Assembly: GCA_903878805.1 (NCBI GenBank) | Contig: CAIRJF010000032.1 | Location: 1,584-65,583 of the forward strand | Length of the DNA: 64,000 bases | Direction of reading: 5' to 3' | From: an uncultured Verrucomicrobia subdivision 3 bacterium | GTDB lineage: Bacteria; Verrucomicrobiota; Verrucomicrobiia; Limisphaerales; UBA11358 | Translations under genes and position numbers: made by a program | Notes under the pieces: generated by a model | The model's database searches: none | Told to the model about the DNA's origin: nothing | What the model saw: only the letters and a program-made list of their open reading frames with translations | Shown here: positions 1 to 7,829 of the stretch, piece after piece | Layout: each line of letters starts with the position of its first letter | How positions within the stretch are numbered: position 1 is the stretch's first letter

Positions 1-442
1 GGCGTTGCTCGCGTTCGCCGGCATCCAACAGTTCTTTTTCCAGGCTAATGCGCCGCTCAATCTCGTTCTGCAATTTCGCCGTCCGCTGGCGCACTTGGAT
101 TTTCAAGCCATCCCGCGCCGAAGCCAAAATGACCACCTGCAGAAAAATTGACATGCGGACGACCAAATTCCAAGCCGGAGTGAATAGATCCGGATACTGA
201 TCGCCGGCGGCAATGTCTGAAACCAGCCAAACTACCGCCGACATCACGGCCATGATGAACGCAAAGCTTAATCCCACGCGCCGCAAGACAAAGAGGATGG
301 GAATCAGATAAAAAACCAGCACCGTAATTTTGTAGCCGGTGATGTAGTCCAGGTAACCCACCGCCGCCAGCAGCAACAAACCAATAATAATGCCGACGGC
401 TTTCGATTGTGGCTTCGATTGTGGCTGGCTGGATTTTTCCAT
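1..442 (-). CDS. Sensor histidine kinase, N-terminal membrane part (partial, continues past the left edge)
   Basis: Absent from the supplied ORF track because it has no in-window stop. ATG at 442-440 (minus) opens a frame that runs to position 1: MEKSSQPQSKPQSKAVGIIIGLLLLAAVGYLDYITGYKITVLVFYLIPILFVLRRVGLSFAFIMAVMSAVVWLV...VVRMSIFLQVVILASARDGLKIQVRQRTAKLQNEIERRISLEKELLDAGEREQR. It has several hydrophobic helices, then a coiled-coil linker ending in the EREQR-type motif that usually precedes the His box of HisKA_3-like kinases. Track ORF 57..449 is in another frame. Confidence 0.6.
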   Translation of the reverse strand, partial: MEKSSQPQSKPQSKAVGIIIGLLLLAAVGYLDYITGYKITVLVFYLIPILFVLRRVGLSFAFIMAVMSAVVWLVSDIAAGDQYPDLFTPAWNLVVRMSIFLQVVILASARDGLKIQVRQRTAKLQNEIERRISLEKELLDAGEREQR

Positions 443-493
443 CGCGCAAAAATGTGGCGGTTTTTTACGGAACGGACAAGTGAAAGAAAAATT

Positions 494-1624
494 TCAGTCC
501 AGCGTCTGCCGGTAGCGTTTGATGCCGATGGCCAGCACCACGGTCAGGAACAATGCAATCGGCCACAAGTCCGGCAAGGTTTCCGCGAGGCCGTTTCCTT
601 TCAGCAAAATCCCGCGCACGACGCGCAGAAAATGCGTCAGCGGCAGACATTCGCCGAGGTCTTGCGCCCAGCCCGGCATTCCGCGAAACGGAAACATATA
701 GCCCGACAGCAGCAGCGACGGCAGGAAAAAGAAAAACGCCATCTGCACCGCCTGCAACTGGTTTTTTGCGATAGTCGAAAATGTAATTCCCACCGCGAGG
801 TTCGCGACGATGAACAGCAGCACGAGCAAAAATAGCAATGGCACGCTGCCGAGCATCGGCACGTTGAACAGAAATTTCGCCGCCAGCAAAACCAGAATCA
901 CCTGCACATAGCCGACCATGATATACGGCACGATTTTTCCGACGATGACTTCGCCCGGATGCACCGGTGTGGACAAAAGATTTTCCATCGTCCCGCGCTC
1001 GCGCTCGCGTGTGATCGCGAGGCCGGTGATCATGATCATCGTCATCGTCAGCATCACGCCCATCAATCCGGGCACGATGTTGTATTGGCTGATGCTTTCA
1101 GGATTGTAATGTTGATGCGAGACGACGTTGAACGGCGGTGCAGTCGCCTGCAATTTCGCCAGCGGCCCGGTGAGGTCGCGGTTCAGGACGGTTGTGGCGA
1201 GACCGCTCACCGCCGCCTGCGCGAAACCGACGGCGGAGGGATCCGTCGCATCGGCTTCCAAAAGCAAATCCGGTTGTTCGCCGCGCAACAATTTTCGCGA
1301 AAAATCCACCGGAATGGTCACGGCGAATTGAACTTTATTTTCCGCGAGCAAATTATTTATTTCCGCCGGACTGTGCGCCTCGCGCACGAGGTCGAAATAG
1401 CTGCTGTTGCGCAAACCCCAGATGAACGAACGCGAAAACACGCTGTTATCCGCCGCATAAACCGCCGTCGGCAGATGCTTCGGATTCGAGTTGATCGCGT
1501 AGCCGAACAAAATCAACTGGATCATCGGCACGCCGATCATCATGCCAAACGTCAGCCGGTCGCGCCGCATCTGGATGAACTCCTTCACGACAATCGCCCA
1601 AAAGCGCTGGAAATTGAACCTCAT
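494..1624 (-). CDS. ABC-2 type transporter permease (YbhR/YbhS/YhhJ-like)
   Basis: 376-aa ORF with an N-terminal TM helix, a large extracytoplasmic loop and a C-terminal bundle of TM helices (..GLMGVMLTMTMIMITGLAITRERERGTMENLLSTP..). Overlaps the upstream ATPase gene by 4 nt. Confidence 0.8.
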   Translation of the reverse strand: MRFNFQRFWAIVVKEFIQMRRDRLTFGMMIGVPMIQLILFGYAINSNPKHLPTAVYAADNSVFSRSFIWGLRNSSYFDLVREAHSPAEINNLLAENKVQFAVTIPVDFSRKLLRGEQPDLLLEADATDPSAVGFAQAAVSGLATTVLNRDLTGPLAKLQATAPPFNVVSHQHYNPESISQYNIVPGLMGVMLTMTMIMITGLAITRERERGTMENLLSTPVHPGEVIVGKIVPYIMVGYVQVILVLLAAKFLFNVPMLGSVPLLFLLVLLFIVANLAVGITFSTIAKNQLQAVQMAFFFFLPSLLLSGYMFPFRGMPGWAQDLGECLPLTHFLRVVRGILLKGNGLAETLPDLWPIALFLTVVLAIGIKRYRQTLD

Positions 1625-2547
1625 GAAAAATTGTCCTTCGCCGTTTCCATCAGGCTGATGAACACATCTTCCAAGCCCGATTCAATTTTCGTCCAGCGTT
1701 GCGCGCCGGAGATCAATGGCGACACACTGGCGTTTAATTTTTCCGCGTCGCGCCCGCTGACGTGCAAGGTCGTTCCAAAAGCGACGACCTGTTCCACGCC
1801 CGGCAAACCACGGATTTTTTCCGCGAGCGCCGCCAAATTTTCGCCGGAAATTTCCCACGTCGTCAGCCCGCCAGCTTTGATGACTTCGTCCACCGTGCCG
1901 CGCGCGAGCAAATTTCCATAGGCGATGTAGGCGAGCCGGTTGCAGCGCGACGCCTCGTCCATGTAATGCGTTGTGATGAGAAATGTCAGTCCGTCCGCCG
2001 CGAGCTTGTGGATCTCGTCCCAAAAATCGCGCCGCGCCTTCGGATCCACGCCCGCCGTCGGTTCGTCGAGCAGCAGCAATTTTGGCTCGTGAATCAAACA
2101 GGCCGCGAGCGCGAGCCGCTGTTTCCAGCCGCCAGAAAGTGTTCCGGCAAGTTGCTTGCGCCGCTCAACCATGCCTAGCCTTTCCAAACTTTTTTGCACG
2201 GCAACTTTTCGTTGCGACATCCCGTAAAGCCGCGCGATGAAATCCAGATTCTCCTCGATGTTCAAATCTTCGTAGAACGAAAATTTCTGCGTCATGTAGC
2301 CGACGCGTTTTTTGATCTCGGCGGACTCGCTGCGAAAATCGAGGCCCAGACATTTTCCTTCGCCGCCATCCGGCGTGAGCAAGCCGCAGAGCATCCGCAG
2401 AAAAGTCGTTTTGCCGCTGCCGTTGGGACCGAGAAAACCGTAAATCTCGCCGGGTCGCACTTGCATCGCAATGTCATTGACGACCGTGCGCGTCCCGAAT
2501 TTTTTCGTGACGCCGCGCACGTCAATCGCATAATCGCTAGTGTCCAT
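1621..2547 (-). CDS. ABC transporter ATP-binding protein
   Basis: Walker A GPNGSGKTT, ABC signature LSGGWKQRL, Walker B LLLLDEPTAGVD, H-loop TTHYMDE. Translationally coupled to the permease. Confidence 0.9.
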   Translation of the reverse strand: MDTSDYAIDVRGVTKKFGTRTVVNDIAMQVRPGEIYGFLGPNGSGKTTFLRMLCGLLTPDGGEGKCLGLDFRSESAEIKKRVGYMTQKFSFYEDLNIEENLDFIARLYGMSQRKVAVQKSLERLGMVERRKQLAGTLSGGWKQRLALAACLIHEPKLLLLDEPTAGVDPKARRDFWDEIHKLAADGLTFLITTHYMDEASRCNRLAYIAYGNLLARGTVDEVIKAGGLTTWEISGENLAALAEKIRGLPGVEQVVAFGTTLHVSGRDAEKLNASVSPLISGAQRWTKIESGLEDVFISLMETAKDNFS

Positions 2548-2550
2548 GCG

Positions 2551-3294
2551 TCAAACGCCGCGTTGTTCCGGCGGCCAGATGATTTTGTGCTGCTGGATTT
2601 GAAACCGCACTGGCAGTGCGTCGGCGATGATTTTTTCCGCCAAATCTTTTCGCGAAATTGGAGTTAAATTTGCCGGAACTTTTTTAAGAGCTTTGCTTTG
2701 CTGCGCGGGCGCGAGCGGATGCACCCACGAAAATAGCAGCGGACAAATCGAATCCAGTTTGTGCGCGGCGATTTGTTGCTTCGCCCATTCGTAATCTTCC
2801 AGCGCGCCGATGACGAACTTGATTTCGTCGGTCGAACTTAAATGCGTAATGTTGGAAAAAAGATTTCGTTCCACTTCGCCGCTGGACGGACATTTCAAAT
2901 CCATGATGCGCCGGACGCGCAGGTCAATTTTGGAAATGTCATGCGCGCCGCTCGTCTCGATTAAAACGGTGAAGCCGTCGTCGCACAGTTGTTGCATCAG
3001 CAGCAAAGAATTTTTTTGCAGCAGCGGTTCGCCGCCGGTCAGTTCGACAAGTGGCAGTTTTGAATTTTTAATTTTTAATTTTGAGTTGGCAAACGGCGCG
3101 GCGAGTTCGCGAACTTTTTCCAAAACTTCCGCGAGCGTCTTCTTTTTGCCCTCGGTGAAGGCGTAGGCGGTGTCGCAATACGAGCAGCGCAGGTCGCAGC
3201 CGGTGAGCCGGATAAAAATGCACGGCAGGCCGGCGAAGGTGCTTTCGCCTTGCAGGCTCAAATAGATTTCGTTGACGACGAGGGTGCCGGTCAC
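2551..3294 (-). CDS. queE: 7-carboxy-7-deazaguanine synthase (radical SAM)
   Basis: N-terminal VNEIYLSLQGEST, radical-SAM cluster motif CDLRCSYCDT, LTGGEPLL. Carries the in-frame AT-rich insert NSKLKIKNSKL. Confidence 0.85.
   Translation of the reverse strand: MTGTLVVNEIYLSLQGESTFAGLPCIFIRLTGCDLRCSYCDTAYAFTEGKKKTLAEVLEKVRELAAPFANSKLKIKNSKLPLVELTGGEPLLQKNSLLLMQQLCDDGFTVLIETSGAHDISKIDLRVRRIMDLKCPSSGEVERNLFSNITHLSSTDEIKFVIGALEDYEWAKQQIAAHKLDSICPLLFSWVHPLAPAQQSKALKKVPANLTPISRKDLAEKIIADALPVRFQIQQHKIIWPPEQRGV
3055..3084 (-). repeat. 30-nt AT-rich heptamer-periodic tract, copy 1 (inside queE)
   Basis: cagttttgaatttttaatttttaattttga is identical to 5483-5512. On the coding (minus) strand the core is (AAAAATT)x3. 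Confidence 0.9.
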
Positions 3295-3405
3295 GCCCGC
3301 AGTCTAACCCAAAGCATCAAAAAGGAAATCGCTTTGCGCGATGCGGATTGGCTTTTTGTGGCCGGATAGATTATTTTTCGTAGAACCCAGCCGGAAATAT
3401 TTTTG

Positions 3406-5013
3406 ATGAACCGATTGATTTGCCATGCGGTTATTCTCGTCATCGTGCTGGCGGAACTTTTGATTCCGTCGGCGCGGGCGCAATACCTCGACCAGATTGG
3501 CCTGACACTTTTGCGGGCGACGACGACCAACCTCAACGGCGCGGGCGTAAAAGTCGGGCAGGCGGAGGCGGCCTTGGATTACAGCGCCAGTTTGCTCGCA
3601 TACGAAGCCAGTCCGGCGGCGACCGCCCAGCCGACCAACCTGTTTACCTGGATACTCGGCAGCTCGCCTTACAGCGCGCCACCCAGTCAGAGTAGCGCTT
3701 TTACAAATTCCTTAGGCGCTGAATCCTATCACGCTGACAATGTGGGCAATGATTTTTACGGCATGGCAACGAATACGTTTGGAATTCCCCTCGGCGTGGC
3801 GACGAATGTGGCACACGTCAACAACTACGAGGCCAATACGTTTATTAATTATTACATCAATAACAACCACGCCATCGCCGAGCGCATCGTCAACCAGAGT
3901 TTTACTTTTGGAACCAATGATGACAGCGTGAATCAGATTTACGACGACTATGCTGCGCAGCATGGCGTGCTGTTTGTCAGCGGCTGCGGTTTCAACAACA
4001 ACATGGTTTGGACGCCGGGAACGTGTTACAATGGCATTGGCGTGGGCGTTTTCAACAATGGCGGTTCGCCTTACGGACCGACGCCAGATGGACGCAGCAA
4101 GCCGGACATCACCGCTTTTGGCAATCAAGACACGGTCACGAGTTATTCCACGGCGCAGGTTTCCGGCGGCGCAGCGCTGTTGATGCAGGCGGGCAATCGC
4201 GGTGACGGCGGTGCGAACACGAATGCCGCGACCGACATCCGCACATTGAAGGCTCTGCTCCTGAACGGCGCGGTGAAGCCGGCGGACTGGACGAATTCAC
4301 CTTCCGCTCCGCTGCATTACCGCTACGGCGCGGGCGTGCTGAATGTTTTCAATTCCTACCAGCAGCTCATCGGCGGTAAAAATAGTTGCATCAGTTCCAA
4401 CACCGTTGCCCTCGGCAGCGCGCATCCGCCAACCGGCGCGAGCGGAACCATCGGTGTTTTGAGCGGCTGGGACTTCACCAGCCTCACAAGTAGTTCAACC
4501 AACGATGTGGTGAACCATTATTATCTCAACATCACCAACACGCTTGGCAGCGTCGCGCTCACCGCCACGCTCGTGTGGAACCGCCACACAAATAAAACTG
4601 CCATCAACGACCTTAACCTCTTTCTCTACAACTGCGCCAACAGCAATCTCGTCGCGTGCAGCACCAGCCTCGTGGACAACGTCGAACATATTTTCGTGCC
4701 GCAGCTCGCGCCGGGGCGCTACGATTTGCAGGTGTGGAAAGCTGGCGGCAGCTTTGTCACCGCCACCGAGACCAACGCGCTCGCGTTTGCCTTTGTGCCG
4801 GTAAAATTAAATTTCGACCGCACCGGCACGAATGCCGTTTTGTCGTGGCCGGTTTATCCGGCGGGATTTTGCGTCGAGGCGACGACGAATCTGGCGACGC
4901 CGACATGGAGCACCAATAATTTTTCCGCCACACTCACGGGCAGCACGAACATTTTGTCCGTGCCGATGACGAATGCAGCGCAATTTTTCCGTTTGCGCTC
5001 GCCGAATTTTTAA
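3406..5013 (+). CDS. Secreted subtilisin-like (peptidase S8 family) protein with C-terminal beta-sandwich domains
   Basis: Signal peptide MNRLICHAVILVIVLAELLIPSARAQ. S8-like blocks read by eye: GVKVGQAE (Asp-box position), SYHADNVG (His box), VTSYSTAQVSGGAALLMQ (Ser box GTSMAxPxVSG-like). C-terminal PGRYDLQVWK and a ..AQFFRLRSPNF tail. ATG at 3406; the track start 3403 is a TTG one codon upstream. Confidence 0.6.
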   Translation: MNRLICHAVILVIVLAELLIPSARAQYLDQIGLTLLRATTTNLNGAGVKVGQAEAALDYSASLLAYEASPAATAQPTNLFTWILGSSPYSAPPSQSSAFTNSLGAESYHADNVGNDFYGMATNTFGIPLGVATNVAHVNNYEANTFINYYINNNHAIAERIVNQSFTFGTNDDSVNQIYDDYAAQHGVLFVSGCGFNNNMVWTPGTCYNGIGVGVFNNGGSPYGPTPDGRSKPDITAFGNQDTVTSYSTAQVSGGAALLMQAGNRGDGGANTNAATDIRTLKALLLNGAVKPADWTNSPSAPLHYRYGAGVLNVFNSYQQLIGGKNSCISSNTVALGSAHPPTGASGTIGVLSGWDFTSLTSSSTNDVVNHYYLNITNTLGSVALTATLVWNRHTNKTAINDLNLFLYNCANSNLVACSTSLVDNVEHIFVPQLAPGRYDLQVWKAGGSFVTATETNALAFAFVPVKLNFDRTGTNAVLSWPVYPAGFCVEATTNLATPTWSTNNFSATLTGSTNILSVPMTNAAQFFRLRSPNF

Positions 5014-5812
5014 GCTGACCGAGCGCGAAATATTTTCCGATGCGATAGCTGTCGGAAATTGCCGCCGTAATAAAGTTTTTCCCAATCTCAATTGCGTGCG
5101 GTAGGCCGTGTCCAAGCGCGAGCGCGGCGCAAATCGCAGCGGAATAAGTGCAGCCGGTGCCGTGCGTGGAAACACCTTTCACAAATGGTGCGGACAGCAG
5201 TAATTCATTTTTACCATCGTAAAAAACGTCAATGGCCATGAGGGAATTATTCAAGTGTCCGCCTTTCACCAAAACCGCGCAGCCGAAGCGCGCGTGAATT
5301 TTCCGCGCGGCGGAACGCAAGTCTTCCGGCGAGGAAATTTTTTGTTCCGCGAGAATTTCCGCCTCGTCCAGATTCGGCGTGACGAGCGTGGCGAGCGGCA
5401 GCAGTTTTTCCGTCAAAATTTTTAGCGCGGCGGGCTGTATTAATTTCGCACCGCTTGTGGAAATTAGAACGGGATCAACAATCAGTTTTGAATTTTTAAT
5501 TTTTAATTTTGAATTACTGAAAAATTTTGCAACGACGGAAATGTTTTGCGCGGAGAAGAGCATTCCCGTTTTTACTGCGGCTGGATTCAGTTCTTCAAAG
5601 ACAGCTTCGATTTGCTGACGGAGCATTTTGGGCGAACACGGTTCGATGCCCAAAACGCGTTTGGGATTTTGCGCGGTGAGGCACGCAATCGCGCTGGTGC
5701 CGTGGACGCCGAGCGCGGCGAACGTTTTCAGGTCGGCTTGTATACCTGCGCCGCCGCCGCTGTCCGAACCGGCGATGGTGAGCGCGCCGGGCAGTTGTTT
5801 TCTCGCAATCAT
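4934..5812 (-). CDS. thiD: Hydroxymethylpyrimidine/phosphomethylpyrimidine kinase
   Basis: LTIAGSDSGGGAGIQADLKTFAALGVHGTS, VDPVLIS, GTGCTYSAAICAALALG. The last ~25 codons look like a non-conserved tail that overlaps the convergent S8 gene by 80 nt. Carries the same NSKLKIKNSKL insert as queE. Confidence 0.85.
   Translation of the reverse strand: MIARKQLPGALTIAGSDSGGGAGIQADLKTFAALGVHGTSAIACLTAQNPKRVLGIEPCSPKMLRQQIEAVFEELNPAAVKTGMLFSAQNISVVAKFFSNSKLKIKNSKLIVDPVLISTSGAKLIQPAALKILTEKLLPLATLVTPNLDEAEILAEQKISSPEDLRSAARKIHARFGCAVLVKGGHLNNSLMAIDVFYDGKNELLLSAPFVKGVSTHGTGCTYSAAICAALALGHGLPHAIEIGKNFITAAISDSYRIGKYFALGQLKNSASANGKIALHSSSARTKCSCCP
5483..5512 (-). repeat. 30-nt AT-rich heptamer-periodic tract, copy 2 (inside thiD)
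   Basis: Base-for-base identical to 3055-3084. Read in the same sense and frame. Confidence 0.9.
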
Positions 5813-5832
5813 TTTTCAAATTGTTGCGCGAC

Positions 5833-5895
5833 GAGTGACGGGTGTCGAGTGGCGAGTGACGACGCGGGCGTCACTTGCCACTTGTCACGCGACAC
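5833..5895 (+). repeat. Inverted pair of 4-unit heptamer arrays forming a long hairpin in the thiD/polX divergent intergenic region
   Basis: gagtgac gggtgtc gagtggc gagtgac (5833-5860) faces gcgtcac ttgccac ttgtcac gcgacac (5868-5895). 5846-5861 pairs with 5869-5884 as a 16-bp stem if two G-U pairs are allowed on the plus-strand RNA. Confidence 0.7.
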
Positions 5896-5909
5896 TTCAT
5901 ATTAGGCGC

Positions 5910-7667
5910 ATGGACAAAGACAAAGTTGCCGAGATTTTGGTGGAGATTGGAACGCTGCTGGAATTAAAGGGTGAAAATCCTTTCAAGACGCGCGCTTATG
6001 CGAACGGCGCGCGGACGATTGAGGGTTTGAATGAGCCGTTGCAAAAAATTGTCGCGGAAAAACGGCTGGGTGAAATCAAGGGCATCGGCGAAGCGTTGGA
6101 ACAAAAAATCACGGAACTCGTCGAGACGGGAAAATTGAAATATTACGATGAGTTGAAGGCTTCCATCGCGCCGGGACTGATCGAGATGCTGGAAATTTCC
6201 GGTCTCGGCCCGAAGAAAATTCAGGCGATGCATAAGCAGCTTGGCATTGATTCTATTGAGAAACTTGAGGCGGCGTGCAAAGCGGGAAAGGTTGCGGAGT
6301 TGGACGGCTTCGGCGAAAAAACGCAGGCGAATATTTTGGAGGGCATCGAACGCAAGCGCACTTACGCGAGCAAACATTTGTTGAGCGACGCGTGGCTGGC
6401 GGCAGACCCGTTGCTGGAAGATTTGCGGTCGCATCCAGACGTGATTCGTTGCAGCACGGCAGGCAGCTTGCGGCGGTTCAAGGAAGTCATCGGCGACATT
6501 GATCTGCTCGCGTCGTCGAAAAATGCGGCAAGCGTGATTGAATTTTTTGTGTCGCAGCCGGGCATTGTGAAAATTCTGGCAAAGGGGGAAACGAAGGCGA
6601 GCGTGATTCTGGAAGGCGGAATTCAATGCGATTTGCGCGTGGTGAGCGATGCGGAATTTCCGTTTGCGCTGGCGTATTTTACGGGCAGCAAGGAACACAA
6701 CATCGTGATGCGTCAGCGGGCGATTACGCGCGGGTTGCGACTGAATGAATATGGTTTATTCAAGTCGAAGGAAGAGACGCGTGATGCAAAATTGCTCGTG
6801 CCGTGCAAAACGGAGGAAGACATTTTCGCCAAGCTGGACTTGGCGTTTGTGACGCCGGAGTTGCGCGAGGATCACGGCGAATTTTCGGCGGCGGAGAAAA
6901 ATGATTTGCCGAAATTGATCGAATGGTCGGATTTGAAAGGCGCGTTGCACAATCATTCGAACTGGAGCGACGGGCACAACACGCTGGATGAAATCGCGGA
7001 GTTCATGGAAAATTTGGGGCTGCAATATTGGGCGATCACGGATCACTCGAAGGCTTCGTTTCAGGCGAATGGTTTAGACGCGAAACGGCTGCGCGAACAG
7101 ATTTTGGGAATCAAAAAGTTGAATGAAAAAATCGCGGCGCGCGGGAGTGAGTTCAGGTTGTTGACGGGAAGTGAAGTGGACATTTTGAAGGATGGTTTGG
7201 ATTTTGATGATGACGTTTTGGCGGAATTGGATGTGGTCGTTGCAAGTTTGCACGTTCCAAGCGGCAGCGAGGCGGAGAATACGAAACGGCTGATTCGTGC
7301 GGCGGAAAACCCGTTCGTCCACATGCTCGGACATTTGACTGGAAGATTACTGTTGGAGCGCGAGCCGTATCCGGTGAACGTGACGGCGGTGATTGATTCA
7401 TGCGCGGCGACGGGGACGTGGATTGAGTTGAACTGCAATCCGTATCGGCTGGATTTGGACTGGCGGCACTGGCCTTACGCGACGAGCAAAGGTGTCAAAT
7501 GTGTCTTGAATCCAGACGCGCATCGCAACGCGCACGCGGGATTTTTGCGGCTGGGCGCGGGTGTGGCGCGCAAGGGTTGGCTGAAAAAATCGGACGTGGT
7601 CAACACGTTGACGCTGGTGAAACTGCGGGAGGCATTGAAACAAAAGCGTTACAAACACAAGGCATAA
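5910..7667 (+). CDS. polX: DNA polymerase/3'-5' exonuclease PolX (family X polymerase plus PHP domain)
   Basis: MDKDKVAEILVEIGTLLELKGENPFKTRAYANGARTIEG (HhH), GSLRRFKEVIGDIDLL, C-terminal PHP motifs (LHNHSNWSDG, AITDHS, NPDAH). The ATG at 5910 fits the family N-terminus. The track ORF start 5628 (TTG) would run through the thiD promoter region. Confidence 0.85.
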   Translation: MDKDKVAEILVEIGTLLELKGENPFKTRAYANGARTIEGLNEPLQKIVAEKRLGEIKGIGEALEQKITELVETGKLKYYDELKASIAPGLIEMLEISGLGPKKIQAMHKQLGIDSIEKLEAACKAGKVAELDGFGEKTQANILEGIERKRTYASKHLLSDAWLAADPLLEDLRSHPDVIRCSTAGSLRRFKEVIGDIDLLASSKNAASVIEFFVSQPGIVKILAKGETKASVILEGGIQCDLRVVSDAEFPFALAYFTGSKEHNIVMRQRAITRGLRLNEYGLFKSKEETRDAKLLVPCKTEEDIFAKLDLAFVTPELREDHGEFSAAEKNDLPKLIEWSDLKGALHNHSNWSDGHNTLDEIAEFMENLGLQYWAITDHSKASFQANGLDAKRLREQILGIKKLNEKIAARGSEFRLLTGSEVDILKDGLDFDDDVLAELDVVVASLHVPSGSEAENTKRLIRAAENPFVHMLGHLTGRLLLEREPYPVNVTAVIDSCAATGTWIELNCNPYRLDLDWRHWPYATSKGVKCVLNPDAHRNAHAGFLRLGAGVARKGWLKKSDVVNTLTLVKLREALKQKRYKHKA

Positions 7668-7829
7668 TGGTGTCAAAATCACTAATTTAAGGGAATTTAG
7701 CTGTGAATAGATTGATGGAAAATTGTTTTGACGGGTGTCTCGCCCGGCTGATAAATTTTACAAGCAATCGGCCGAAACATTTTTTGAATGAAGAGAAGTG
7801 TCTGCGGTCAAAAGACCACGCGCAGTAAA

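Noticed and set aside
57-449. Track ORF of 130 aa at the left edge
   Set aside because: The product is Gly/Arg/His-rich nonsense. A different minus-strand frame (ATG at 442, open to position 1) gives a clean multi-TM sensor-kinase N-terminus, so the track ORF is a shadow of it.
959-1921. 320-aa plus-strand ORF spanning the ABC permease/ATPase junction
   Set aside because: It is antisense to two well-supported ABC transporter genes, has an Arg/His-rich composition and carries no motifs.
3295-3402. Possible preQ1 riboswitch upstream of queE
   Set aside because: On the minus strand a GGGUUCUACG...AAAAAUAAUCUA stretch superficially resembles the preQ1-I loop and A-rich tail. The complementary P1 strand needed to close the stem is absent.
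5628-5909. N-terminal 94-codon extension of polX in the ORF track (TTG start)
   Set aside because: The extension runs through the thiD 5' end and the heptamer palindrome and has no PolX similarity. The ATG at 5910 (MDKDKVAEIL..) matches the family N-terminus.
5813-5909. Possible TPP riboswitch upstream of thiD
   Set aside because: I found no CUGAGA or ACCUGAUCUGGAUAAUGCCAGCG-type conserved cores on the minus strand. The region is occupied by the heptamer palindrome instead.
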